Part shown: positions 1 through 12,569 of the stretch, in pieces
How positions within the stretch are numbered: position 1 is the first letter of the stretch
How the letters are laid out: every line of letters begins with the position of its first letter
Assembly (NCBI GenBank): GCA_977017645.1
Contig: OZ360247.1
Span: 12,028,001-12,092,000 of the forward strand
DNA from: Torpedo marmorata
Taxonomy: Eukaryota
Reading direction: 5' to 3'
Length of the DNA: 64,000 bases
Program-made: the position numbers and the translations under genes
Notes under the pieces: generated by a model
What the model saw: the letters and a program-made list of their open reading frames with translations, nothing else
What the model was told of the DNA's origin: nothing
Databases searched by the model: none

Positions 1-215
1 CCGTGGTCACCATCCTTAGGGTTGTCTCCTCTGCTTCTCCTTCTCAACGGTGGGGGGGGGGGGGTGTTGGATGGTTGGGGGGGGGGATGTTTCTCCCTGT
101 TACTGCTGGCTTACGTCAGTTCACTGCTTCCCCCAGAGTCTGCAACCCCACAAAGCCGCTGCCAAACACAGGCGCCGCCATCATGGGTCCAGACCCCACG
201 GATGCAGTATTTTAA
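1..215 (-). repeat. Fragment of GC-rich non-autonomous retroposon family (also at 6430, 30066, 35385)
   Basis: Reverse complement resembles 30190-30345 (gatggcggcgcctgtgtt...gaaggagaagc...gtgaccacgg). Confidence 0.6.
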
Positions 216-1116
216 ATAAAAGCACCATCAGCTCCCCTAACAGGCCAGTTAAAGCCTGTACGGAGCCGTCAGCAGTAGGACTGGGCAGTAGGACCCCGCG
301 TAGGAGCACTGTGTCTCCGCTCCTTGCTCTTTCTGGGTCTGCACCAGTGGCAGCGCTGTCGTTAGAGCAGCTCCGGCAGCGCCGCCATTCTTTTTTCTTG
401 GACCAAAGAGCAAAGGTGGACCGACACCAAGATAATTCAGAAGAAGCTTCTCACCCCCACCAAGTGGCAAGAACGTGGAATTCGTTACCACAGTATTACA
501 CAAATGTAGGGAACACCATTTCTACAGTTAAGTGGACTCCAACCAAAATTAGAAGGGTTTGAATTACTATTTTCAGTTCAATTCAGGGTGTTACTCAATT
601 ATCATCATTGTTTGGAAAAATGAGGTACTTTCAGTTACTTAAAAGAAAAATTGGAGGAAAATGCATCAAGTTTTCATTCCCATAAAAATGTACCGGTAAT
701 TAAATTGCTAGCTGTAATAATGATACCAACAATTTCAATGTCATCCATTGCTTTCAACAGGATCGTCCTAATGACTTTGAGGTTGTTGTCATTGACCACC
801 TGATTATATTTATCATAGGTAAACATGTTTGCTTATCGGTCTACTGCAAGATAATTGCACTTTGGAAGCCACAATCTTCAACATCACCTGTGCATTTTCT
901 TTATGAAACACTTTGCCAATGCAGAACTTTACCAGCACAAGTATAAAAACATTTGAGAGCAGATTCAGAGGATTTCTAGCCCTGCCCCCTTAGTTATTAT
1001 CAATTAAAACTAAACAATCGAAGCCCAATGGACGGGAACAGTTGGAGTGAGGAAGTATGAAGTCAAGCCTGTTCTGTGCCGCAAATTATGCATCAAGAAC
1101 AAACCAAGATCCTTTT

Positions 1117-1400
1117 GTTCAAGTCCAGTTTATTTTCATCCGATTGTACAAGTACAACCCGATGAAACAGCGTTCTCCGGCCCTCAGTGCAAAACACCCA
1201 GACACAACACACATACAGATACATGTGCAGGACAAGCATTCATCTATACAAATAAATAAATAAATATTGTTTCAGGAATATGAGAGTCTCGGATGGTTAG
1301 TGTGAGCAGTTCCTTTGGTCGTTCAGCATTCTCACTGCCTATGGGAAGAAGCTGTTCCTCAGCCTGGTGGTGCTGGCTCTGGTACTCCTGTATCTCTTTC
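1117..1400 (-). mobile_element. Rex1/Babar-type LINE 3' fragment
   Basis: Near-identical to 8147-8390. Carries the gggaagaagctgttcctcagcctgg antisense ORF end (TRLRNSFFP-like). Confidence 0.6.
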
Positions 1401-1441
1401 TGTTCTAAGACAATCAACAGACCTGTCCAGTGAATACTCAC

Positions 1442-1549
1442 ATTGCTGACAATTTCCTGGTTTTTCTTGATACGTTCAAGCTCCGGGGTGCTGGCCACTG
1501 CACTGAAGCCTTTCCCTTTATTCTTTTCAAAATCTTCTTTGTATTGTAC
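1442..1549 (-). CDS. LASP1: LASP1-like exon 4 (second half of nebulin repeat 1 to start of repeat 2), [36 protein letters not shown]
   Basis: 108-bp phase 0/0 exon, acceptor ctctag and donor gtgagt. Peptide closely resembles recalled human LASP1 [36 protein letters not shown] and is closer to it than to NEBL/LASP2. Orthologue versus paralogue not resolved. Confidence 0.88.
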
Positions 1550-2529
1550 CTAGAGGACAGAACATTGAATAATGTTAAATCGATTTCAAATGGAAACTAG
1601 ACCAGTGCCAAGATAGTTCCATAGAAGTTAATTACAGGCCATTCAGCCCAACTAGCCCATGCACTCCATCCATATCCTCCATACATCCTATATCACGCAC
1701 TGTAAAAATTGGCCAAGTTAACTTTGAAGATGTTTTTGGAAGAGTTGGGATATTGGCTTTTGGACTGATATAACATATTAAATGTGCTTGCTTAATAAAC
1801 TTAGGTGTAGTAAAATTCACTGTTTGTTCACATCTGACACGTTCACTGTAGCAATGATATTGTAAAACATTTTTTAAAAATTAATAGAATAAACAGTTTT
1901 AATATGTGGATTGACACTTGTTTCCTCATTGTAGACTTGATGCTTATAGGGGGTAAATTAAAGATATTTTAAATCCGAGAATTTTCCCCCAAAGTTTAAG
2001 TCACTATAAGGAGCGATGGACTTACCTTCACCCCCATTCCATCCCATAAAGGATGGATAACTTTTTCCGTAGATGTGCCTGACCTGCTGAGTGTTTCCAT
2101 CATTTTCAGAATTTGTAAGGGCAACTTTTCATTTCGTTGTGTTGTGTTTTTATTTCTGTGTTCGAGCAACCGAGTCAATTGGGCACAGGGTTTCGAGGAG
2201 ATGGATTCATTCTGCCAGTGAGGAGATTAACGCGTGCAATGGAGCAAGTCACTGCATGACGGTCCTGGATAAGGTCAATGGTCACAGTCCTTTTTTTTCC
2301 CCCCCCCCCCACCCCGGGAAGGGGAGTCTAAAACTAGAGAGCATAGGTTTAAGGTGAGAAGGGGAAGATTTAAAGCGATCGTGAGGGGTTACAATATCAA
2401 CGAGGAGGCCGGGGTGGGGGGTGTAGGGTGTGTGTGAAACATGTCAGAATCAGAATTTATTGTCATGAACAAGTCATAAAGTGCGAGAGGCAGGTATAAT
2501 GATAACATTTTAATAGAAATTGAGTTCCA

Positions 2530-2936
2530 GGGAAAGGTTAAACTGGTTAGGACTTTATTCCCTGGAGCATAGAAAAATGAGGAGAGATTTGATAGAGGTA
2601 TACAAAATTAGAATGGGTATTGACAGAGTAAATGCAAGCAGGCATTTTCCACTGAGTTTAGGTGAGATACAACAAGAGGACATGGGTTAAGGGTTAAAGG
2701 GGAGAAGATTAGGGGGAATTTCTTCACACAGAGAGTGGTGGGAGTATGGAACGAGCTGCCAACTGAAGTGGTGATTGCAGTCCCAATTTCAACATTTAAG
2801 AAAAATTTGGACAGGTACATGGATGGGAGGGGTATGGAGGGCTATGGAAAGGGTGCAGGTCAGTGGTACTAGGCAGAATAATAGTTCGGCACAGAATAAA
2901 AGGGCTGAAGGACTGGTTTCTGTGCTGTAATTATGG
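2530..2936 (+). mobile_element. CR1 LINE 3' fragment
   Basis: Encodes GLYSLEHRKMRRDLIEVYKI-type CR1 ORF2 C-terminus and the typical 3' tail. Confidence 0.8.
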
Positions 2937-3750
2937 AAACATTTACTTTTTACTCTTACTATGTATCTATTAATCAATGATTATTTACTATGTATCCATT
3001 GAACAATTTACTATGTAACAATTTACTGTGTACTATTTACTGTGTATCGTGAGTGGATGTGTACGGAGGGATGGTATACTCTGAATAATTGTGTGAAGGA
3101 TTCTGTATAACAAGGGGTTAATGGCTTTTGTAGAGAGCAATGCTGCTTTTGGTTTAACTATGTTTAGGTAGAAATCCTTACTTATACACATATTATAAGT
3201 CCTTACTTATTCATTAAGTCCTCACTTATTCACATATTAGAAACCTTATTAATTAGTATTCTAATATAACATATTTGCAGTAAGCATTACTTCATTTAAT
3301 TAGTATTTTAATATAACTTATCTGTAGTAAGCATTTGTGACCTTCACTAGAAGCTGGTACTTCCTGAGACATAGACACACAAGGTGGCCTTGGATGTGGT
3401 GGCCGCAAACAGGAATGTAGTTGCCTTAGAAACCAACACATCCTTAAAACAAGTTACCGGTAATTGAATTTCTTCGAGCAACCTTGGAACAAGATATCTC
3501 AAACAAGCTAGCACAGAGTGTTATCACAATCTCCCAAAAACTACTGAGATATGTGGTTATGAATGAATGAATGCAATGATGTAATTAAGTCAGGAAACTA
3601 ACATAAAAAGGAGGGTATGCGCTGTGTTCAGTGGGAAATCAGTGACTGGCTCGCTGACTGTCACAGCTTTTGTTTGCAAATAAAAGTTTAAAACTTCTTG
3701 AAAATCTTCTGCGTCTCCTGGTCATTTTCGGGCTACGGTAAACCACGACA
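2937..3750 (+). mobile_element. Probable solo-LTR-like insertion in a CR1 tail
   Basis: CR1 tail resumes at 3751. ATGG is repeated at both junctions. TATA-like cataaaa at ~3602, AATAAA at ~3678, ends ...CACGACA. Short internal ttactatgt repeats. Confidence 0.4.
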
Positions 3751-4903
3751 TGGTTCTAAAAGACATTTAGTCAGGTGCATGGATAGGAAAGGTTATGGGC
3801 CAAACATCACGTATCTGTGGATCCCAAAAACCATGTAAACAAGCCATCGTTTTCTGACCCAGTCACACCCTGTACGTTTGTGCAGTTTAGCAGTTTACAA
3901 AGACTTGGTGGTCCTTTTTAATTTGGACATCCTTGTGATGCTAGAACCAAAATGGTCAACTTTCTCAAACAGCAGTGTGGGATCTTTTATATCCATTAGG
4001 GTAAAATGGAGAAGAATTCAGTTTGACAGTTTGTTTGAAAGAGGGCACTGTGGCACTCCTTCAGTACAAGTCAGGCAGTGGGATCCGAACCCACAACTTT
4101 CTGACTCCAAGATGAGGCAGATTAGTGACCTCGTGTTAAAACGTAACACTAGACTGTTAATTCTCAGTGAACCAAAGTAGCTGCTGAACAAGAGAGCTGA
4201 AGAAAACATCCTGCCCACTCAGAGTTTGTTTATGCAAAATAACGAGAGGCCTTTCTCCGTCAGAAACGCCATATGCCGGCTTCCAGCTTCCTTTTATGTA
4301 AAGTAATTCAGGGTCCAATCCGATTTGCATAGGCATTGAAGCAAATCTCACAAACTAGACAACATGCCTCAGGGTCTGCCTCTCTAACAATCTCGAACTG
4401 TAACTCAGCACAAAAGCTTCTAAGCTTCTCATCAAAAGGTTAAGCTTCCCAATTCTACAGGAGGATAAAGGACAGGATGAACCCCCTCACCCCCCCCCCC
4501 ACCCACCCACCACCCTTTGGCAGCTTATTACATTTCAATTGGGAGAGTTAGAACAACTTAGAGCATCCAAAGATTACTGTGAAATTCCACGATTGCTGCA
4601 ATGGCAAATTTGGGAGCCATTTTGTGCAAAGCGAGAACCCACAATTGGCAAGAGAAACCGCTAACTAGCTCACAGAATATTCCAGGGCAATTGGCGGTCA
4701 TTTGACCTGTTGTTTTATGAAAAGTGTTCTCTCGGTTTGCTCTTTCCCACAGAAAGTAAATTCTCTCGTTTTTTTTTTGGTGATGCTGATCGCAGGAAGA
4801 GCATTCATTGCCTAAAAGGCCAGGAAAAAAACCTCAAATTGTGCCTAGAATTTTTTTAAGGCCATCTCATCCACGGGAACATGTGTATTTTATTTATTTA
4901 TTT

Positions 4904-5147
4904 CGACATACAGCACGGTGACAGTTCCTTTCGACCCACGAGCCCGTGCCGTCCAATTACTCCCGATTAACCTATAACCCCCGGTACGTTTTGAAGGGTG
5001 GGAGGAAACTGGAGCCCCCGGGGAAAACCCACGCAGACACGGGGAGAACGTACAAACTCCTTACAGACAGCGCGGGATTCGAACCCCGGTCCCGATCGCT
5101 GGCGCTGTATCAGCGTTGCGCCAACCACTACGCCAACCGTGCCGCCC
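4904..5147 (-). mobile_element. tRNA-derived SINE with CR1-like tail
   Basis: Head gggcggcacggttggcgtagtgg with B box gttcgaatcc. About 10 copies in the window. Confidence 0.85.
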
Positions 5148-5220
5148 TTTTGAATAACGTATTGTCTTAGGTTTATTGGAGAGTAAAATAAACCTCCATC
5201 CCTTTAACTTTCGATGAATG

Positions 5221-5440
5221 TTTAGACATACAGCACGGTAACAGGCCTTCCCGGCCCACAAGCCTGTTAACCTACAACCCCCGTTCGTTTTGAAGGGTGG
5301 GAGGAAACCGGAGCACCCAGAGGAAACCCACGCAGACACGGGGAGAACGTACAAACTCCTTACGGACAGCACCGGATTCAAACCCGTGTCGCTGCCACTG
5401 TAATAGCGTTGCACTAATCGCTATGCTAACCGTGCCACCC
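5221..5440 (-). mobile_element. tRNA-derived SINE, same family
   Basis: Similar to 4904-5147. Confidence 0.85.
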
Positions 5441-6429
5441 GATGACTTGCTGAGTTTCTCCAGCACTTTAGTGCACTGCACAAAAGATATTCTGGATTAA
5501 ACGCCATAGACTGGGGTACAGTGAAAACTGGACAACCTCTGAAGAGCAAGAGTTGTTACGAACGTAACAGGTTCAAAATCTCCATTGGGCAATAGTACAA
5601 TCACACGCTAAATTTAAATTTAAGTTACTTTTCTCATGCTAACCATCCAAGTGAACACCCCTACATTCTTCGAGGCACCGGCACACCCATGCATACTCAT
5701 TACAGATACTCCTTTAGAATTCTGCGGAAAATAAATGAGGAAACCATTTATTGAAAAGCAAAAATGTCCCTGCCTGTCCATTTCCTCCTTATAATTCAAC
5801 CCCACCCAATCCTGGTAACATTCCCATGAATGCTACATTCCAAGTATACAACATTCAATACAATGTTCCAAGTATAGGAATTCCCTCCCTTATATCACCA
5901 TTCTTAAAACACACGAACACATGACTGTCCAAATACTTGGTCACCCTGTCCAAACATCGCAAGTGACTTTAGTAAGCGATGAAATATGAAAACGCATCTC
6001 CAAAGTGCCATGTGTTGTTGTTCTGCATTACAAAGGTACTACATAAATGCAAGTTGTTCTTGCTGTACATTGGGTCCTCTAGTGCTTGGAACCAGTGTCT
6101 TGGCAGGAGCTTGTTGATGAAATTGGCCGCACATTTGTCTGGCTGTAAAGAGAATGCACTGCTCGCTGCCATGTCGAGCAGTTACAATGAACAGCAAGAC
6201 AGTTTTTGGGAAGCTATTAGGTTCAGGAGGGGGAAAGGCTTAGGAAAATATAACGATGTGCGGTGGTGGCTGCTCTGCCACTGGTGGGGACCTAGAAGAG
6301 GGGGAAGCGGAGAGGTTTCCTCCAGCGCTGCTCCCCGAGGTCCTACTGCCCGGTCATTACGCCGATGGCCCCGCACAAGTTTAAATGGTCCATGCAATGG
6401 TGCCGACTGTGTTTTTTTTTTAATATAAA

Positions 6430-7058
6430 CATCAGAGAAGCCAAGAACGTCCGTGACCAAGATGGTGGCACACACGCTGTGCAACCCAGACCATGAAGGT
6501 CATGGGCTCTGGGGGAGCCATGGACCGACGCAGGGCACCAGAGCAGAGGAACACCACCCCAAGAAGGAGGAGAAGCCTGGGAGAGGACCCTGCAAGGTAG
6601 GAGACCACGGCAGTGGAGCAGAGCGGGGCACAGCAGCTAAAGGACACACACCAGGCCGCGGGATGCTGGAGACCAGGTATTGGGACCAGGATCCGCGAGG
6701 GTGTCGATGTCGAGCAGGGTTCCTGAAGGGCTTTGGGCGCGGACAGCTTCCCGATCGCATCATGGGTTCAGAACCAGGGACCGAGGAGGGCAACTCAGAC
6801 GCCTGGAGCTCGGGTACACCACTGCATCGGACAGGAGGCCGTGCAGCTATGGAGGTTACAGCAGCGCAGGAGACGGCGGCATCGGAGGAGGTGGCGGGAT
6901 CCACGGACTCTCTGAAGGGACTCTCCTTTGCTTCCCTCTCTGTTCTCGCTGGGGGTGCTGGACTGGTGGTGCCTCTTTGTGTGGTTTTATGAGCAAACAA
7001 AGGTAAACAAATTTTGTGTATTATGTACATGACAATAACAGAACATTGAACCTTGAAG
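6430..7058 (+). repeat. GC-rich non-autonomous retroposon with LINE-like tail
   Basis: caagatgg head motif, ggactctcctttgcttcc core and gacaataa...ttgaaccttgaa tail shared with the 30066 and 35385 copies. Confidence 0.6.
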
Positions 7059-7304
7059 TCATGTGCATGGGGCTCCTGTGTACAGAATGGTGGCCTGCAA
7101 TACTGAAATTGTTAGACAATGAATATGGTTTTACAAAAAATTCTACAACTATAAAGCTATTTAGGAGGCTAAGTTCCTCGCCCTGCTGATTTTGAGAATT
7201 CAGTTTTCTAATCCATTTTTTCAAGCAGATCTGTTTATTTCAATCCCCAAATTATTCAGACCCTGGAGCTTAGATCCTGATCTGGCTCTGGACAAACTGT
7301 CTTA

Positions 7305-7657
7305 TGGTTTTTACACAGCCGCTGGGTAACGGGAAATTATCGCAAAATTCCCGCAACGCAGGCTGTGTTAAAATTTCAGAACGGAAATGAGTGACTCTTT
7401 CCCGTTCCGAAATTTTTCCTGCTGCAGCTCTAGACATAATTGCGGACTGCCTGCAGTCCAAACTGAACTGCAGGCGGTCCGCCGCAACAATGGGCGACGT
7501 CGACCCACGTCCAGCTACGTAAGTACCACACCTCAGGTACTTAAGTCTAAAAACGCGGCGATATCCGTGCAGAGATCGTTCTGTGTGAACGGCCACTCCA
7601 GAAGGTAGGTGTGAAAATTGCCGACGGAAAAAAACCATCGGTTTTGTGTAAAAACCA
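7305..7657. mobile_element. MITE (PIF/Harbinger- or TcMar-like)
   Basis: TIRs tggtttttacaca...tgtgtaaaaacca flanked by TA on both sides. Confidence 0.7.
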
Positions 7658-8146
7658 TATCTGATTTCCTAGCTAGTGAGACAATGGGTATAACTGACTG
7701 CAGCATCAAACTAAATCAAGCAGTCCTTATAAACAGCGCGCAGGTAACTGGATCTCTAGAAAGAAAGACCAAGCAGCTAAAAATGTGATACGTCTGTGAA
7801 ACCGGAGAATTAATAGACTGTAAGCAAACAATCTTTTCAATGGAAGTCAACTGTATTTACAATTTACCAATTAAATTGCCACAGAAATTTTCCTCCATGC
7901 ATATTGAGCACTTGTACAGTTACAAGGCTGAGCATTAGTCACAGAGCTCTTGAATCCTCTTCAGAATAAAGGAAGTTGCACAATGAGATCATTCACGCTG
8001 CTGGATAGATTTAAACAACAGTGTCTGCTACAGACAATTAAATAGTCACTTCCGACCCATTTGTATGTTAACTAGCATCCCAGTATCTCCACATTCAACC
8101 AGCCAATTGTTATTGCATTTTAATAAAGCTGTCTAAATACTGAGCA

Positions 8147-8390
8147 AGTCAAATGTATTGTCAGCTGATTGCACAAGTGCAACCCGATGAAACAGCGTTC
8201 TCCGGTCCTCGGTGCAAAACACGCAGACACACAACCAGACATAACACACATACAGACAAACAATACATATGCAGGACAAGTATTCATATATACAAATAAA
8301 TACATAAATATTGTTTCATGAATGAGAGTCTCGGATGGTTAGTGTGAGCAGTTCCTTTGGTCATTCAGCATTCTCACTGCCCGTGGGAAG
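8147..8390 (-). mobile_element. Rex1/Babar-type LINE tail truncated by the Gypsy insertion
   Basis: Matches 1117-1350 up to gggaag, where the LTR begins. Confidence 0.65.
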
Positions 8391-9324
8391 TGTTATGGAC
8401 CATGACTGACCATTTGGACTGCGGACGGTCAGCAGGAAGGATGAATGAAGTCTTTTGGAGAACACACTGGGACCTGGTACTGAAAGAGTTAACTTGCCCA
8501 GGACTTCTTGTACTTACCGAGAGAGAGGCACCAGAGGGAGACAAACTGTGGAAAGAGATACTTGGTTGGACTTTTGAAAAAAGGCAGGTGAAATCGTGGA
8601 AAACTAAATCAGTGGCAGTTTTGGAGTTGCAAAGGCGGGAGAACCCAGCAAAATCCAGGCTTGTGCATCCCAGAGAAAAATGCTGGGAGAAAAGTACAGA
8701 GCCTCATGAATCAGCAAAATCCAGGCTTGTGCATCCCAGGGGAAAAGGATGGGAGAAATACAAGGCCTTGGTGATTCAGCAAAATCCTGAGTTGAAGGCA
8801 ACTTTTGTGAAGAACAGGCGTGAGATCAGCAAGACAGGCTGTGAGATCCAAGTACACGCCTCAATCCTAAATGGATTTGGAGTCGCAATCTTTGTGAAAC
8901 TACCAGAAGGGAAAGTCATCAGAGAAGAAAAGCAAGCCAAGCATTCGTAAGCATAAACAGTCATTGTCTCTCTCTCCAACGTTCATTAAGAAGTCCTTCT
9001 TGCCAGCAGACAGAGCTGAATTTGGATCCTGAACATAGAGAGTGAATTTTTGTGGACTGTATTTTGGGACTGACTTGTTTTTATGACTGACCTGGGGTTT
9101 TTTGGGGAAGGTTTTCCATTTTTACATAAGGGTTGGGCACAGACTGTAATGGTCTGGGCTTTACACACACACACACCTTTTAGATAAGAATAGTGTTTAT
9201 AGACGTTTATAGTGGGGTTAATTGTTGTGAAATTATATGTTTAATTGTCTTTAATAAATATAAATTTCAATTTTACCCCTTTTGCATTGCGTCTTCTGTC
9301 GTTGCTGGTTTGAATTTTGTAACA
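8391..9324 (+). repeat. 5' LTR of Gypsy copy 1
   Basis: TGTTATGG...TGTAACA, repeated at 14104. Internal duplicated cagcaaaatccaggcttgtgcatcccag and an AATAAA. Confidence 0.95.
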
Positions 9325-9328
9325 AAAT

Positions 9329-9352
9329 TGGGGGCTCGTCCTTGGATTTGAA
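9329..9352 (+). promoter_or_regulatory. Primer-binding site, tRNA-Pro
   Basis: TGGGGGCTCGTCC(TT)GGATTTGAA is complementary to the tRNA-Pro 3' end. Confidence 0.9.
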
Positions 9353-9456
9353 TCAAGATCCATCTTGGTAATTGAAGAAATCCCAGTCTGGTTTAAGACA
9401 TTCCTTTTGTAAAGCTAATTAAAAGCTAGTGTGTGTGTAACAAAAAACCAGCAACA

Positions 9457-11189
9457 ATGGATGAAGAAAATTTTTTGAAATCACCTGAACCTGATACTTT
9501 AAAAAAGGCGAAAAAGGAACAGTTAGTGGCTATAGCAACAGAGTTGGGCATTCCTTCTGTAAAACCATCAATGAAAAAGGCAGAGATTGGGAGAAAAATT
9601 GTCAAATACTATATAATAGGAAAAAAGTTTGAGGAGAGCATGTTAGAGCAGTTTCCCAAGGGTAAACCTTCTGAAAACATACAGTTGGAACTAAAGAAAT
9701 TGGAATTGGAACAAAAGAAATTGGAATTGGAGGTAGCCAGGGAACAAAAGAGATTAGACTTAGAGAGAGAGGAGAACATTAGGCAATATGAGCTGGAAAA
9801 GATTAAGTTGGAAAATGAGAGGAGACAAGAAGAGCACCAAGATCAAATTTGTGGTCCTGTTGAGAGGTTTTTGGCCAGTAGAAAAGTTAGGTTGGTTCCT
9901 CCATTTGAGGAGGCAGAAATAGATAAGTACTTCCAGCATTTTGAGAAGGTGGCTGTGAAATTAAAATGGCCACAAGACCAATGGTCTCTTCTGTTACAAA
10001 GTGTAATAAAAGGAAAAGTTCAGCAAGCTTATTCTACTCTTACCACGGAGCAAGCTGCTGATTATGAAACGGTGAAAAAGGCTATACTCCAGGCTTATGA
10101 GTTAGTTCCAGTGGCTTATAGACAGAAGTTTAGAAATTTAAAAAGATCAGCAACCCAATCTTACACAGAGTTTGCCTATGAAAAGGTTGTGTGTTTTGAC
10201 CGGTGGTGCACATCCAAGGCGGTAAACAATGATTACAATCAATTGAGAGAATTGATAATAATTGAGGAGATAAAAAGGTGTGTTCCTGAGGATATTAAGG
10301 CATATTTAGATGAAAAGGAGGTGAAAACTTGGCAAAATTCAGCTAAGTTAGCAGATGAATATGCTTTAACACACAAGCTAAAGTGGACGTCAGGCAGAAT
10401 TTTCCAAAAGGGCACTGTGGATAATCCCAAGCAAGTGGAAGGTAAATTTGGAAGTGGTGTTAAGGAAAGGGATGAAGGAAAGTGGAAAAGGGAAAACCCT
10501 TCAGGTCCCATTTGCCACTACTGTAGGAAGGCTGGTCATATGCTAGCAAGCTGTCCAGTGTTGAAAAAAAAGAGAGAAAAGGATGCAACACCTAATGCTT
10601 GTATTCAGAGTGAGAAGAGGCATAACACCCAGGAAGGAGATAAAGTTTCTGACAAGGTTAGGGATGTATTTAAACCTTTTGTGACTGATGGTTTTGTTTC
10701 AGTTAAGGCAGGATCAAAACAAGTTCCAGTGAAAATCTTGTGAGATACTGGAGCTGCTCAGTCACTTGTGTCAGATAGTGTCTTGGAATTTTGTGAAGCT
10801 ACTGACACCGGTGAAATGAATTTAATTAAAGGAATTGGGGGTGATGTTGAGTCCATTCCTTTGCACAAAATAGTGTTGGACTCAGCGTTGGTGGAAGGAT
10901 CTGTTATAATAGATCAGATTTGCCAGTAGAAGGAGTCTCACTGTTGCTAGGCAATGACGTGGCTGAGGGTAAAGTAGTTCCTGCAGTGCGAATGACCACT
11001 AAGCCAGTCATTGATAAGTCAGAGAAAGACTCTGATATTTATCCGGCATGTGCCATAACCAGGGCCATGTCTAAGAAAAATGTCACTTTAGAGAATGCAG
11101 TGGAAACTAAATTGGTGAAAGAAAAAGTGAGTGATAATCAAGAACACCTGGAAAAGCTTGAGCAATCTCATGTTACACCCATACACTGA
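9457..11189 (+). pseudogene. Gypsy gag (SCAN-like capsid, CCHC knuckle) and protease, disrupted
   Basis: CHYCRKAGHMLASC knuckle. Protease motif KIL*DTGA has a TGA where copy 2 reads KILRDTGA. Frameshift near 10915. Confidence 0.9.
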
Positions 11190-11311
11190 TAAGACACCTA
11201 AAAGCACAGATTTGTCACTATCCCGACAGGAGCTAATAGCAAGGCAAAAGGACGATCCTGATCTTGCTGAGGTGAGGGATAAGGTTCTCTCTGAAGAGGA
11301 GGTTTAAAAAG

Positions 11312-12460
11312 GTGCCAGTGGGTTATTATGAAAAAGATGGGGTGTTGATGAGAAAGTGGAGACCATGTGATGTTCCTGCCAATGAAGAATGGGCAGTAGT
11401 GCAGCAGGTTGTGATCCCTAAAGTATATAGGGATGCAATAATAACTTTGGCTCATGGCACACCCTTAGGTGAAGAAAACTATAAGGAAGATAATGAAACA
11501 ATTTTATTGGCCCAGTTTGAGAAGGGAGGTTGTAAGCTTTTGCCGGGCCTGTCACACTTGTCAGGTGGTGGGTAAACCTAATCAGGGTCCCCCGGTGGCA
11601 CCCTTGCAACCTATCCCTGCTTTCGGTGAGCCTTTCTCGAGAGTGATTGTGGACTGTGTTGGCCCATTGCCCAAAACCAAAGCGGGGAATGAGTATTTGT
11701 TAACAATTATGTGTGCAGCCACCAGATATCCAGAGGCCATTCCTCTGAGAAACATTAAAGCAAAAGCAATTGTAAAGGCTATAGTAAAGTTTTTCACCTT
11801 GGTAGGTTTGCCAAGGGAAATTCAATCAGATCAGGGCAGTAATTTCATGTCAGGCATTTTCCAACAAGTGGTTGATGGACTGGGAGTTAAACAGAATATA
11901 TCCTCTGCATACCATCCAGAAAGTCAAGGGGCCTTGGAGAGGTTCCATTCGACTTTGAAAAACATGATTAGAACCTATTGTTGTGAGAAGGAAAAGGATT
12001 GGGATGAGGGGGTTCATTTGTTGTTATTTGCAGCGAGGGAGTCTGTCCAAGAATCACTTGGTGTTCGTCCATTCGAGTTAGTTTTCAGACATGAGGTGAG
12101 AGGTCCTTTAAGATTATTAAAAGAACAGTGGATTAATAGTGATGTGCATTTAAATCTGTTAGATTATGTTTCCAAATTTAAGGATCGGTTGCATAGGGCT
12201 TGTGAGATGGCAAAGGAGAATTTAAAGGCCACTCAACAGAGAATGAAGGTTTGGTATGATCGAAAGGCCAAGATGAGAACTTTTAAACCTGGTGAGAACG
12301 TATTAGTTCTGTTTCCCATCCATTCAAATCCTCTTAGAGCTAGATTTTCAGGACCCTATAGAGTAGTCAAAGATTAATGATGTCACCTATGTCATAGAAA
12401 CACCTAATCGCAGACGAGACACACAGGTCTGTCATGTGAATATGATTAAGCCATATTTTG
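11312..12460 (+). pseudogene. Gypsy integrase, frameshifted
   Basis: HHCC remnant (CRACHTCQ), VIVDCVGP, IQSDQGSNF, SAYHPESQGALER and GPY motif. Confidence 0.92.
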
Positions 12461-12569
12461 AACAGGTGCCGCACAAAGAGACTGAACATTTACCAGAGGT
12501 GCTGGTTATTGATCAGGGTAAGGAGGAGACAGATAAAACCAGTTTCAGAGAGGGTCAGGGACACAGAAA

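Noticed and set aside
4157-4454. Possible coding exon behind the acceptor at 4454
   Set aside because: All three frames stop within ~35 codons and the neighbouring sequence resembles an old SINE. It could only be a terminal exon, and there is no support.
4904-5147. tRNA genes
   Set aside because: A and B boxes are SINE heads with no complete cloverleaf.
5969-6063. C-terminal part of the candidate terminal exon as conserved protein
   Set aside because: Overlaps an antisense L2/Deu-SINE-type tail (aaggtactacataaatgcaagttg), so coding significance is doubtful.
6432-7030. ORFs of 108-179 aa on both strands
   Set aside because: Same GC-rich repeat, no recognisable protein motif.
8357-8950. 197-aa ORF
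   Set aside because: Spans a LINE/LTR junction and is not preserved in the sister LTR, which has an indel.
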